NCBI RefSeq assembly: GCF_006345805.1
Contig: NC_043004.1
Location: forward strand, 75,020,001-75,084,000
Reading direction: 5' to 3'
DNA length: 64,000 nucleotides
From: Octopus sinensis
Taxonomy: Eukaryota
How positions within the stretch are numbered: the first letter of the stretch is position 1; every line of letters begins with the position of its first letter. The notes beneath the pieces are model-generated. The model saw nothing but the letters and a program-made list of their open reading frames with translations, was not told the origin of the DNA and ran no database searches. The position numbers and the translations under genes are program-made. This document shows positions 47,015 through 60,727 of this stretch, in pieces.

Positions 47015-47654
47015 TATTGGTTTCAAATTCGGGCTTAATCGCATTTTGCTCAGCATTCTAACAATTCTGTTAGCTCGCTGCCTTTAATGATAATAATATT
47101 CATTTCAAATCTTGGCACAAGGTCAGCAATTCCAGGGGAAGGTGCTAGTCAATTACATCAACCCCAGAGTATGACTGGTACTTATTTTATTGATCCTGAA
47201 AGGATGAAAGACAAAGATGACCTGGGCAGGATTTGAACTTAGAATGTAAAGACAAGCAAAATGCTTTGTGACATTTTGCCTGGCATGCTAATGATTCTGC
47301 TAGCTCACTACATTAATGGTAAAAATAGTGGCTTCACATTTTGGCACAAGGCCAGCAAGTTCAGGAAGCAGGTTTACATTGCTCCCAGTATTTCATTGGT
47401 TCTTAATTTATCGACCCTGAAAGGATGAAAGGCAAAGTCGACCTCGGTGGAAATTGAACTCAGAATGTAGCAGCAGAGAATGCTAAGCATTTTGCCCAGT
47501 GTGCTATCATTCTGCCAGCCCACAGCCTTTAACAACAACAACAACAACAACAAAAACAACAAAAACAACAACAAAAACAGCAGCAGCAGCAACAACAGCA
47601 ACAACAACAACAACAATAATAAAAAACTAAAGTTTACAGAGTAAAATTTCATAC

Positions 47655-47900
47655 TACAAAAGCTGGTGTCTTCATCGGAACCATCTCGACAGTCAGTTTT
47701 AGAATCACAAACCCAGGTTTTTGGAATGCAGACATTGTTTTTACATTTGAATTCCTTCGTTTCATTACATTTTTTGCAGTTGCTCAGTTTTTCATCAGAA
47801 TTGTCACCACAATTATCGTAACCATCGCAGACGTATGTGGAAGGTATACATCGATAATTAGTTTCACATCGGAACGAAGTCGCGGGACATGTTTGATTAG
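47655..47900 (-). CDS. LRP2: LRP2 exon, LDLa 5 and 6 (NQTCPATSFRCETNYRCIP...CRDGSDEDTSFC)
   Basis: Not in the ORF track. C-x-TNYRCIP is a signature of megalin cluster IV repeat 5; acceptor tttacag and donor gtatga; 246 nt. Confidence 0.95.
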
Positions 47901-48830
47901 CTGTAAATTAAATGAAAAAAAAGGTTCATAACATTAAAAAGCATTAAATATACAAAAAAAAAAACCCATGCAAAATCCACTCTTCTTTCCACCAAGATCA
48001 GCATTGGTTTCCAATTTTGGCACAAGGCCAGAAATTTCAGGGGAGGCGGGGGACAAGTTAACCCAAGTAAGTAACGGGTATTTATTTCATCAACCCAGAA
48101 AGTCAGCCTCAGCATAATTTGAACTTAGAATGTAACAAGTTGGAAGGGATGTTGCTCATCATTTTGGCCAGGGGGTGCTGAGGATTCTGTCAGTTTGCTG
48201 CCTTCACCAAGATCAATATTAGAATTAGTGATGCATATATCATCATTATCATCATTTAACGTCCACTATTCTACGCTTGCATTGATCGGATGGAATTTTG
48301 TTGAGGCAGATTTTTTACAGCAGGGTGCTCTTCCTGTCATCAACTCTCACCTGTTTCCAAGTAAGGTAAATGTTTTCCCCCAAACCAGACATGGTTTACG
48401 TGGAAGACAAGACATAAATAATAATCCCACTTGTATGATGGGGATGTTTGTTTACAACATCACATGATGTCAAGGCAAGGGTATACATGCATGCATGCAA
48501 ACTTGCATGCACACATATACACACACATGCATGCATGAATGAATGCATGCACACATAAATACATGCATGAATGCATGCACACACACACACAAATATACGA
48601 CTGGCTTCTTTCAGTTTTCGCCTTCCAAATCCATTTACAAGTCTTTGGTAAGCCTGCAGCTACAACAGAAGACACTTGCCCAAGGTACCATGCAGTGGGA
48701 CTGAACCCAGGACCAAATGGTTGGGAAGCAAGCTTCTAACCATGCAGCCATGGTATTTGGCTATAAAGATTTTTACTTATTTTTATAACTGCTGATGACC
48801 AGATTTTCAACAATCTAAATGTGCTAATTA

Positions 48831-50184
48831 CCATAAAAACCCATGTAATTTGCGCACCTGTGTAATTTATGCAGGTGATTTTCAGGAAAAAAATTGTTAA
48901 AAAATGCTTCTACTTGTGTAAAATTCGCCCCCAAAAGTTTTCAGAATTGCCAATATGACCAAGGAAAAAATATTTTCAGTTTAGTTGTATTTAGCATAAT
49001 TTCACTGACATATGTTTAGATTTTATTAAATTTTCAGGAAATAAAATAATTCCTGTTTAACAGGTATCACATTGAAAGCTATTAAATTACAAAGTGTTTT
49101 TGTTGTTTATGATAAACTCTATTTTACATTTCTTTCCCACAAGAGATTATGTCCGATCTTTAGCATACTTTTGTATGTTTTCTAAAATCATAATCACAGG
49201 AAAATTTGCTGATTATTCTTATCAACAAAAACAAAGCTGATAAATACACACCAGTGTTGCAAAATAAGTTTAATTACCAATAAACATCAGCTTGGATGAC
49301 ACTTTACTCAACCGATAGAAGAGGTGACCGATCAAACTGATTATGTAAACAGAATCCTGATTGGTCAAAAGCGTCTTCCTGTCTCAAGCTCTGATTTTCC
49401 GCTTATTCTTGTTGGAACCTTTGATACATAGTATCAAAATTTTAGTCCCTTTCACACTTATAAAATGTCAAGCAAACTTAAAAATTTGTCATTACCATTT
49501 TAGCCAGGAGACCAAACTGATAGTTAGGTAACCCACTAAAATAAACATTAAAAATCAAAAGGAGAAAATAAACAGCTTTGCAAGTTTAACTCAGAGTTTA
49601 TTGAACAAGAGAGATGTTAAATTTAAGAAGCGACTTGTGAGGAGACATAAACAAGAATAGAAGATATCTACCATATTGAAAGAACTGGTAATACATACAT
49701 TACAAGTGTTCTATGAATAATTCAATAGGAATGTGAAACGACATTAAACATTGTATAAAGTAAGTGAAGGTTTCTGTATGAATTCTAAGTTATATTCAGT
49801 TAGAGAGTTTACAAGCGCAAGAATGAATTATGATGTTTTGGCATTAGATGCAGTAAATATGGTCCAGAGCGTGATTACTTGCATGAACGTCAAACTTCAA
49901 AAAGTAGTTAACCATTTAATGGTTTTAGTAAATTTATACAGAAGAAGTAAGCATTATACCATCCAGCATTAATAAAAGTCAACTTTGTTATATATTTTCT
50001 GTAAAAACTTATTCTGACATTAAATGAGTCAACTTCCAGTAAGTGTTTACATTTGTGCATCGTTTTTTAGCAAAGACAATTTCTAAAAAATTCTGGAAAC
50101 GATCGACTCATGTAATTTACATACCCACTAAAATTTACTTTTGTTTTTGCAAAAAAAGTGCATAAATTACATGGGTTTTTACAG
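48831..50184. mobile_element. pogo-like TIR element, non-coding or decayed (1354 bp)
   Basis: 27-bp TIR (23/27 match) CCATAAAAACCCATGTAATTTGCGCAC with TA on both sides. Confidence 0.75.
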
Positions 50185-50291
50185 TAATTGCATCTCATCT
50201 AATCAATTACAACTCATCAGGCAAACAGTTAAAAAAGAAAAAGGAGAATTGCTAAAAAATAAATTGCCCTGTTTAGGTTTCGTCTACTTAC

Positions 50292-50417
50292 CACAGTTCA
50301 GTTCAAGACTCTCATCAGAACCATCGAAACAGTCGTTCTCGTAATCACATTTGTCATGCTCAGGTATACAATATCCATTATCACAGGTAAATTCATGTAC
50401 TCCACAGGATCTATGAA
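50292..50417 (-). CDS. LRP2: LRP2 exon, LDLa 4 ([41 protein letters not shown])
   Basis: Not in the ORF track. Six-Cys LDLa; acceptor gaatccag and donor gtaagt; 126 nt, phase 1 to 1. Confidence 0.94.
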
Positions 50418-51345
50418 CTGGATTCAGAGAAATCAGAAAGTTTCCATTTTCAGTAATATTATAGAAAATGTAGGAAATATTATTGTTGTAACTTCTATAG
50501 CGACAAATACGGGATCAGCATTGCAGAGTTCCCTTGCACATATTAACCGTTTTGTATTCAAACTGGCCATATCTGGCCAAAATATTCTACCTCTTTTAGA
50601 TCCAAACTGTCCAGATTGGGCTTCTTACACTCACCCTACGAAGTAAATGGCACTCTGTCAGTTACGATGACAAGGGTTCCAGTTGACCCCTGATCAACAG
50701 AACAGCCTGCTCGTGAAATTAACGTACATGTGGCTGAGCACTCCACAGACACTGTGTACCCTTTGTGTAGTTCTCAGGGAGATTCATCATGACAGTCTGT
50801 GATAAGGCTGGCCTTTTGAAAAACAGATACAACTATTTTTGCCAGTTGAGTGGATTGGAGCAATGCGAAATAAAGTATCACTGAGAATTGAACTCATGAT
50901 TTTACAATCGTAAGCCGAATACTCCTAACCACGAAGCCACATGACTTCAATGTAAATTTAAAACAAACAGTCAATCACCAAGGTATCGAAGCCACAAGAT
51001 AATGCAGGATTAGTTGAAAACAATATGAGTAAATAAGCATTAAATATAATAGAGTGGTGTGAATGCTAAAGGATGAAAGACAGAGCCATTACAGCAGCTC
51101 TCATGAAACAGCCAGGTCCACGTGTTGAAGAGCTGTTTGCTGGAGTTCTTTTATTCATTTACTTATTTCAGTCATTAGAATGTGGCCATGCTGGGGCACC
51201 ACCTTGAAGAATTTTAGTCAAATGAATTGACTCCCAATACTTCTTTTTAAGCTTAGTACTTCTGTTGGTCACTTTTACCAAAGTGCCAAGTTATGGGAAC
51301 ATAAACACACCGACACTGGTTGTCAAGCAGACACACACACATAGA

Positions 51346-51376
<31 letters not shown>

Positions 51377-51384
51377 TATATATA

Positions 51385-52658
51385 CAGGTTGTAACTGGTA
51401 AATTGGGACAAATTTCAAATGGGTATATTTCTAACTGTATAGATTTTGTTGGTGTCTATATTTTAAGCATTACCAGCTGGAATAATCTCTTGTTCTGTTT
51501 TGTGTTTCAGATTGAACAAACTATGCATGTAAATAAAGAATTAAACTGTAGAAGTGTAATTGCCGAATCATTCCACTCTGGCAAAAGTGCTGGGGAGTTT
51601 GTCAGAATAACAAACTATGCTGAATCTACTGTTTCTGGAGTTGAAGCCAATTTAAAGAAAAGTCAGGATGTTCAGAGAAAGCCTCACAGTCCTTGTAGTA
51701 ACTGAAAATGCACACCTCACTTCTTAATTAGACTTCAAAGATTGATTGAGGTGAACCCATCAAAATCGATGGCAAAGTTGGCTCGAGATTGAGGAATCAG
51801 TAGAATGACCATTCCTAGGGCTGTGAGACAAGACCTCCATGAGATCATACTTGAGAAGGCACTGTAACACCCTACCCACTCCAAAGCCATTCGGGCTGAA
51901 AGCTGTCCCAAACTTCTTAGTCATCTAAAATATCGTGGTAGAGACGTCCGCATCTTCATGGATGAAAAGAATTTCATGGTAGATGAATTTGCAAACTGTC
52001 AAAACCCATGAGTGAAAGTGTACGACCCTTCCCAAGTTCCCTCAGCTATACATAGCAAGCATTTGGCTTCCATTAAGGTCTTTGGAGCTTTTGCAAGTGA
52101 TGGGAAATTGATGCCTCCTCATTTTATTGGAGCAGGTCTTAAATTCAACACAGCAGAATATCTGCAAATCTTAGAAGTTTTGTTGGTTTGGGATTAGAAA
52201 GTATTATGATGCAAACTGAGTCATGTTTGTACAGGACTCTGTGCCTGTCCATTCTTCAAAAAGAGTGCAAGAAGTTTTGAAGAAGGAATTCCCATCTTTG
52301 TCCCTAAAGGTATCTGGCCTTCTAGCTCACCAGACTTGAATCTGCTTGTTTATTGGCCGTGGATTGCAGTTGAAGCAATGTCCAACACAACTTCTCACAT
52401 TTGTGTGACTTCATTGAAGGCTTTGATCAAGCAAGGATTTGATAAAATGAAAAGGGAGGAAGTAGTTCAGGCAAGCACATCATTTTGTGAACAGACTGAA
52501 CTGGTAAAGAAAGGAAATGGAGGTCAAATTCAACTGAAATAAATGTTAAACACTCCATAATAAATTGGCATAAACATAAAATTTACAGGGTTTGATTTTT
52601 CCAAGTTATACCAGTTATAATAAAAATATTTAAATGGTCTCAATTTACCTGTTACACC

Positions 52659-52661
<3 letters not shown>
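51385..52661 (+). mobile_element. Tc1/mariner element of the DD37D (maT) type, both ends present, transposase inactivated
   Basis: 25-bp TIR (22/25 match); MDEKNF, QDSVPVH and WPSSSPDLNLL remnants; 110 nt between the second and third catalytic positions (37 codons minus 1 nt). Confidence 0.85.
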
Positions 52662-52701
<40 letters not shown>

Positions 52702-52716
52702 TATATATTATACACA

Positions 52717-52794
<78 letters not shown>

Positions 52795-53972
52795 ATATAT
52801 ATATGTTATATATATATATATATATATATATGGGCTTCTTTCAGTTTCTGTCTACTAAATCCACTGATAAAGCTTTGGTTGGCCCAAGGATAATAGAAGA
52901 CACTTGCCCAAATGTTATACAGTGGGACTGAACTTGGAACTATGTGGCTGGGAAACAGCAAAGATTTATTCATCCCCAGGGTTGAAACCATGCCAGGACA
53001 GACAATGGGACAAGGTGTGGCCCTTGGCCTTACCAGGTGTGGTTAAACCATCCAACCCATGCCAGCATGGAAAATGGACGTTAAATGATGACGGTGATAA
53101 TGATGATGATGGGGTACAGACCCTTACACTCTAATGCTGCTCCCTGGGGACAATAGAATGCATGCTACTATTTCCTTTCTGGCCCCTGTTGATTCCACTC
53201 ATCAGCCTTTCTCTTATCACAGCTTTTGCATCTCATTCACACTTCAAAACTCCCATGAAACACTTCTCCCAACCATTCCATGGTAGGACACCATTTCCAG
53301 TGATGGTGTAATGGTTGAGTGGTTTGGATATTCAGCTCATGACTGTGAGTTCGATCTCCAATGGTACAGTGTGTCCTTGAGCAAGACACTTTATTACATG
53401 TCGCTCCAGTCCACTCAGTTGGCAAAAATTCAAAGGGCCAGCCTTGTCATATTCTGTGTCATGTTGGAACTCCCTGAAAACTGCGTTAAGGGTATGCATG
53501 TCTGTAGAGTACTCAGCCACTTGCATGTTTCATGAGCAGACTGTTCCATTGATTGAATCAACTGGAACTATTACCATTGTAATTCAGGAATGAATTAAGT
53601 TTGGAAACTGAGGTTTCATTCTATACTCCTAATAATATTGGTCTGTGGAGCAAAAACTGAATCAAGTGCAGAATGCAAACATGAAAATGATGAACTAATT
53701 ATTGTAATGTGATTATGTGAAGCTGATGGATTAAGCACCAACACCTTGTCTGGTTTAGTTAATTTGTTTGACTAATCCATGCAAGGCAGAGCCACAGCCT
53801 GGCTGCAATCCAATGGCTTTGTGATGCCAAATTAAGGAATTGAGAAAAAAAAAAGACCATTTAACCCTTTAGTATTTCAACTGAGCATTTGTGGCCTTAA
53901 TAAGCAACCAGCTTTATGTTGAAACTGAACTGATCTGGCCTCTCACACTTACCCTACAATATAATTTTAAAA

Positions 53973-54134
53973 GTGTGGCTGTGTGGTAAGTAGCTTGCTT
54001 GCCAACCACATGGTTCCGGGTTCAGTCCCACTGTGTGGCACCTTGGGCAAGTGTCTTCTGCTATAGCCTCAGGCTGACCAAAGCCTTGTGAGTGGATTTG
54101 GTAGACGGAAACTGAAAGAAGCCCATCGTATATA

Positions 54135-54185
<51 letters not shown>

Positions 54186-54390
54186 GTGTGTATATGTTTG
54201 TCCCCCCAAGATCGCTTGACAACCGATGCTGGTGTGTTTACGTCCCTGTGTGTTTTGCAGTTCAGCAAAAGAGACCAATAGGTTAAGTACTAGGCTTACA
54301 AAGAATAAGTCCTGGAGTCGATTTGCTCGACTAAAAGCGGTGCTTGAGCATGGGCGCAGTCAAATGACTGAAACAAGTAAAAGAGTAAAA
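53973..54390 (+). mobile_element. CORE-like tRNA SINE with a CR1-type 3' tail, full length (representative)
   Basis: Head GTGTGGCTGTGTGGTAAG, GGGTTCAGTCCC, CACCTTGGGCAAG, internal (TA)n, tail GCATGG..CAGTCAAATGACTGAAACAAGTAAAAGAG. Copies at 62548-62925, 35690-36500 and 24340-24515. Confidence 0.85.
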
Positions 54391-54570
54391 TAGTAATCAC
54401 ATCATTAAAATGTTAAAGCTTAGAGATTGTCTATGATTCAAAGAAAATTCTTTCAATAAATAAGCATTACATTTGACCGAGTTCTCTGAATACGAAACAG
54501 TTTAAATGAAACAGAAATCTAGCAAGATAAAATGGCAACTAATTTGAAGGAACAAAGAAAATATTCTCAC

Positions 54571-54810
54571 TACAAAGAGCCTGGTCTTCATCTGAATTAT
54601 CCAAGCAGTCATTGTAACCATCACACTGCCAGGAACGGTACACACAGCGGTTGTTGTTGCACCGAAATGACCAGGGGGAGCAGTAATTTGCACCACACCT
54701 ATCTTCATCAGATCCATCACCACAATCATCTTTTGAATCGCATATCTTGTAGAACCTCGTGCAGTTTCCGTTGTTGCAGGTAAAAGTGTGTCGCCCACAT
54801 TTGGTTTCCG
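54571..54810 (-). CDS. LRP2: LRP2 exon, LDLa 2 and 3 (ETKCGRHTFTCNNGNC...CLDNSDEDQALC)
   Basis: Two LDLa repeats; acceptor ttttattttag and donor gtgaga; 240 nt. Confidence 0.95.
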
Positions 54811-54888
54811 CTAAAATAAAAGCCATATATTTATAAAAATACTACACATAAACATACCTAAGTGTGTGCATGTGCATCTATCTCCCCC

Positions 54889-54926
<38 letters not shown>

Positions 54927-55005
54927 GAAATATAGATTAGAGATAAAACCACTATTATGCAACTCAAACAGTGATAGACATAAACCAATACATAAATAAC
55001 CAATA

Positions 55006-55847
55006 TCTATATATATAAAAGTGAAGTTGTGTGAGTGTCTGTCTCCTACGATTTAGATTCCTAACTACTCCCATATTTTGCGGTGCAGTTTAACCAAATT
55101 CGGGTATCTTATAGTCGTGATTCATATCGAGCCCGTCTGGGTATTAGCGCGCGTCTACGATGAGTCTACGATTTTAAAAATAATTTACCATAATCTTTTT
55201 CCATTTTAAGACATATTTTATCCGTGTGTCGATGGCGGCGGAGTTGGCGTCCATGCTCACACCTGCACCTGTGTTGTTTCTCCCCCTTCTTCCCTCCCTC
55301 GTGAAGCTGTGGGGAAGGGAGTGTAAGGAAATTAACGTCGTAAAGCGTTGTCAAGGAGACCAGCGTTCTTTTAGAACAACGACTTCATGGCTTGAAGACA
55401 CCAAAACAGAAAATGTCTACGATGAGTCAACGATTTAAAAAAAAATTTACCATCGTTTTTTTTCCATTTTTAATGCATTTTTTGCTATTTTTTTGCTATA
55501 ACTCTCTAAAAATGCTTATATAGTTATTTCCCTTACAAACCCGAGCAACGCCGGGCGATACTGCTAGTCTTTATATATAAAAGTGAAGTTGTGTGTCTGT
55601 CTCCTACGATTTAGATTCCTAACTACTCCCACATTTTGCAGTGCAGTTTAACCAAAACCGGGTATCTTATAGTCGTGATTCAGATCGAGCCCTTCTGGGT
55701 ATTAGCGCGCGTCTACGATGAGTCTACGATTAAAAAAAAAATTACCATCATTTTTTCCATTTTAATGCATTTTTTTGCTATTTTTTTGCTATAACTCTCT
55801 AAAAATGCTTATATAGTTATTTCCCTTACGCCGGGCGATACTGCTAG
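55006..55847 (+). mobile_element. Two non-autonomous Helitrons joined head to tail (55006-55567 and 55568-55847)
   Basis: 5' TC, 3' GC-rich hairpin + CTAG, junction CTAG|TC, host A|T insertion site. Confidence 0.85.
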
Positions 55848-55936
55848 TATATATATAAATATTTTTTTAAATATATAACTTATAACTAGATCTCAAAAAG
55901 TATAGAATGAATGATAAATATATAATATATGTAAAA

Positions 55937-56038
55937 TCACTACGTATGTTTCATGGCTACAATTAAATTCGAATTACAATTAAGTTTAAATTCAATTGAA
56001 ATAAATTCGATTTAAAATTATAGTCAATCTTCAGGTTA
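55937..56038 (-). ncRNA. Type I hammerhead motif at the end of a decayed Penelope-like stretch
   Basis: CUGAAGA, 11-bp stem II (UGACUAUAAUU/AAUUGUAGCCA, one mismatch), GAAA, AC-AUAC-GU, triplet GUA, stem I with 3 of 4 pairs. Confidence 0.55.
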
Positions 56039-56809
56039 GCGATAATAGTTAAATAGATAAGCAAATAGAGTCAAACAATATTTATTTAAGAAATAAATAA
56101 ATAATTTTTCTTATAGAAATAACTCCATTACCTAAATTAAAACTTAAAACATTAGGATTATTTCCTACAACACATTTATTATATTAAATATTTAATTTTT
56201 AATTTCTAAGGTTAAAAAATAGATAGAAATATGTATTTATGTATCATCAAATCAAGGATATAAATCTTCTTAAAGGGATGTCAGCATCCAAGTTCCCTGG
56301 TTTTATCCAGTGTATCAGTGAAGAACAAAAGATGCTAGCTTCACATTGATGGATATGGGTAGACTATTTTTTATGTATGAGAAAAAGAAAACAGAGAAAC
56401 TGATATATGATTTAATTTAATTTAGTTTAATTTCTTAAATTAATTGGGCATGGAAACAATTGAAGGTGAAATTGACTTTGATATTGTTTAGAATTGGATT
56501 ATGTTCTAACGAATTGATGCCTATATGCCAGTGTCTCTGTTTTCTTTTTCTCATACACTATATATATATATATATTGAAACACTCCTGTCACAACCCGGG
56601 ACCTTGAAGACTGCTTTAATGCAAGAAAATATACTAGTCCCCTAATATTTGATTTTCAATATTTCATCTATTCAATAAGATAATCAATACTTCATTTTAT
56701 TTTACTATATATATTATTTATGCTATATATTCTATATTCTACATTAATATTGAATATAATAAAGAATATAAATAAAACATAAAAATCAGACAGAGTTGGA
56801 ATTCCTCTG

Positions 56810-56859
<50 letters not shown>

Positions 56860-56911
56860 TATATATATGTGTGTGTATATATATATATATATATATAATA
56901 TATATATATAT

Positions 56912-57066
<155 letters not shown>

Positions 57067-57409
57067 CAGTGTACAGAGACTGTGAAGGAATCCATTGTTT
57101 CCAAGTGTTAAAAGCTAAAGAAAGATGTAAAATTTGAATACGATGGTGTATTTAATGAAACATGCATAAAAAACATCCAAAACCCATTCACACACACGCA
57201 CACACATGCACACACACACACACACACACACACATGCACACACACACACACACATGCACATATATATAATCACTGTTAGCTAAAATGAATGTGAAGCTTT
57301 ATGATTATCATTTTATTAGTTTTATGCTTATTATAATTAATTGGATGATGGAATAACGAGAGAACAACTGCCATGACACGTTTGCTGGCAAATGCTCATT
57401 ACAACCTTT

Positions 57410-58113
57410 TTTTTTCAGATGCCAAAAGCTGCAGTTCCCCCTCTCCACGTTACCCCCTGCCTGCCTTTACATTCACTCAGCCTCAACACGGTCAATGTCG
57501 ACACATTGAAAGCTAAGTCTGGCGAGATTGTTGAGATGCTTGAAAGGAGACACGTTGATGCGTGCTGTAGCCAAGAAGTCCAGTGGAGGGTCACTTCAGC
57601 CAGCTTCTTCACATGCAAAAAGCATAGGTATAAACTCTTCTGGGAGGGCAACTGTAACGGGGTAGGAGGGTTGGCACACTTCTAGCAGAGAAATGGGTAA
57701 ATAAGGTGATTGAGGTAGTCAGGGTATGTGATAGGGTACTTTAGGTCAGACTAGTTTTGCAGAATAGCACAGTAACAACCACCTCTGCCTATGACCCACA
57801 ACTGGGCCTGCCAAATGAATAAAAGAACTGCTTTTATGACACTCTTTTGCAAGTTACATCAAAGACAAGTGACATTGTGGCTAGTGATTTCAATGGGCAA
57901 ATTAGGCAACACTCAGGTGTCTTCCAGGGTGGCCATGGAATTGGCTCCCGAAATGAAGAGGGAACAAGGCTGCTGTATAAGCTATGTACAGGGATGCTGT
58001 CAGTAAGGTGAAGGTTTGCAATGAGCAAAGTAAGGAATTCAGGGTGCAATAGGGGTTCACCAAGGATCAGTCCCCAGCCTCATCTTGTTCATCATAGTCC
58101 TTCTTCTCTATAT

Positions 58114-58193
<80 letters not shown>

Positions 58194-58433
58194 CATACAT
58201 ACATATATACATATATATATATATAGGAAAATGTGTTGCTGAAAATGCACTTAAATTTCAAAAACTCGTGAATGTTTAAAATACATTTATTTACATATGT
58301 ACCAAACTAGTTTCAACATATGTAAATAAATGTATTTTAAACATTCACGAGTTTTTGAAATTTAAGTGCATTTTCAACAACACATTTTCCTATATATTTT
58401 TTCCTGCGTGGAAACACCATTCCCTCTTTCACT

Positions 58434-58477
<44 letters not shown>

Positions 58478-59840
58478 CAGTACAAGAGAAGAAATTTCAG
58501 GTGTGGAAGCAAGATCTAGAATCGAAGGACCTTACAGTTAATCTAGCAAAAACCAAAGTCTTAGTAAGTAGGAAAGCAGACAAATCACTGATCTCTTCAG
58601 GTAGATGGCTCTGCTCAATCTGTAGGAAAGGCATAGATAGAAATTCCGTAAGATGTACCTGGTGCAAGTTATGGACACATTAGAGGTACAGCAATATCAG
58701 AGAAAGGTTAATTGGCAAAAATAGCTTTTGGTTGTGGAAGGTGCACAGGTACAATAAACACTAAAAATGTACAGAAAATACACTCCAACAAATGCCAGGT
58801 GGGTAAGCTAGAGGTAGTTCATGGCTTCCGTTACCTAGGTGACCAAGTCAGTAGTGGGGATGGATGCTCTGAGAGTGTAGCTGCAAGAACAAGAATAGGC
58901 TGGGCAAAGTTCAGAGACCTCCTACTTCTGTTTGCAACAAAGGGCCTCTCTCTCAGAGTGAGAAGCAAACTGTATGATGCCTGTGTGTGAACGGCTATGC
59001 TACACAGCAGTGAAACATGGGTTGTGACTGCTCAGGACATGTGTAGTCTTGAAAGAAATTAAGCCAGCGCACTTCACTGATGTCAGTGTGCATGTACGAC
59101 AGGGTATAAGAATCTTGAGAGAAAAGTTGGGCAGAAGAGGCATCAGATGTGATGTGCAAGAGAGACAACTGCGCTGGTATGGTCATGTGATATGTATGAG
59201 GACAGATGCGTAAAGAAGTGCTGATCTCTAACTGTGGAGAGAACCTGTGAAAGAGATAGAACCAGGAAGACACTGCAAGATGGGGTGAAGCATGATCTTC
59301 AAACATTGGGCCTCACGGAGGCAATGACTGGTGACCAAGATCTTTGGTGATATGTCATGCAGGAGAAGACATGTCAAGCTGAGTGGAATCATGGTCATGG
59401 CTGATTCTGGTGTCCTGTAACTGGCACCCGTGCCAGTGACACATAAGAAGCACCTTTTGTGCATTGGGCCTTATGGAGGTAATGTGGCTGATACCAGTGG
59501 CACGTAAAAATCACCTTTCAAGTGTTGATCCTCACAGGGACAATGACAAATGAGAGAAACCCCTGGCAATACGCTGCTCTTGAGCAGAAGACCCATCAAG
59601 CCAAGCGAAATCGTAGCTGTGGCAGATATTGGTGTCACACAACTGGCACCTATGCTGGTGGCACATAAGCACCTATTATGCTCTCAGAGGGGTTTGCATG
59701 AGTAAGGACACCCAGCCATAGAAACCACGCCAAATCAGACTGGAGTCTGGTGTGGCCCCTCAGCTTACCAGCCCTGGTCAAACCATCCAACCCATGGACA
59801 ATGGATATTAAATGATGATGATGATGATGATGATGATGAT
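57410..59840 (+). mobile_element. Older, decayed and internally deleted RTE LINE
   Basis: APE start (LNTVNVDTLKAKSGEIVEMLERR), RT pieces, PHD remnant, 3' tail + (GAT)n; interrupted by TA tracts and a foldback element. Confidence 0.85.
58226..58390. mobile_element. 165-bp foldback element
   Basis: 75-bp arms with a single mismatch, 15-bp spacer, TATATA on both sides. Confidence 0.9.
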
Positions 59841-59917
59841 ATTGATGATGGTGATGTTGAGGATGATGATGATTATTATTTTAATATTGTTTATGATTAT
59901 TATTTTAATATTCTTAC

Positions 59918-60160
59918 GACAGTTTAATTCATCGGAGCCATCATGGCAGTCAACATCTTTGTCACATCTATAAAAGAATGGAATACATCGATCATCGCCC
60001 TTTCCACAACGGAACTGAGAAGTGCTGCAATTGGCAATGCATGTCTTGTTATCTGCATCCAAGAGAAAATGGTCTGGACACGCACAGACATAGTCATCTG
60101 GTGGTGAATGGAGGCAAAGGTGGCTGCATCCACCATTATTGGATCCGCAAGGATTTTTAT
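59918..60160 (-). CDS. LRP2: LRP2 exon, EGF and LDLa 1 ([16 protein letters not shown]...[10 protein letters not shown])
   Basis: NPCG[11 protein letters not shown] as in human LRP2; acceptor tttattgcag and donor gtaaga; 243 nt. Confidence 0.95.
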
Positions 60161-60218
60161 CTGCAATAAACAAACAAGAAATATAAAGATGAGACACAAA
60201 ACAATAAATTTGAATTGT

Positions 60219-60268
<50 letters not shown>

Positions 60269-60727
60269 GGTGGTGGCGGTGGCGGTGGTAGTGGTGGTAG
60301 TGGTGGTCGTGGTCGTGGTATGGGGGCACATGATGTAACAGTGCATCACTGCATCTGCTGTTTGTTGGTGATTCCTTCTTCCTGGTGGTTGACACCTTTG
60401 CACCACTCAGGTGACAACCGTCCAACCTATGACTCTGTTTGGGTAGTGATTGTTGGTGAGGGTCTTTATGAAGCTGGAGTGCAAACCCTAACTTGATCTC
60501 TTTCAGTTTACTTTTACAATACATGCAGAGGAAAATTTTGGGTCTATTCTTTGACATGCTGGGCCCCCACACTGCACAATTTTTCCTTATCTGAGGAGGA
60601 ATTTATTTTACCTAACCAGGAAGAACAAAAGATAAATTTGTCATTTGGTGGTAAACTGAGAATAGCTCAAGGTTTTTAATTTGTTGGTCTAATTCAGTTG
60701 ATTTTGTATACATACTCACGGAGACAA

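Noticed and set aside
50170-50225. CUGAUGA with a downstream hairpin on the minus strand
   Set aside because: No proper GAAA, stem III or stem I, and it overlaps a transposon TIR; probably chance.
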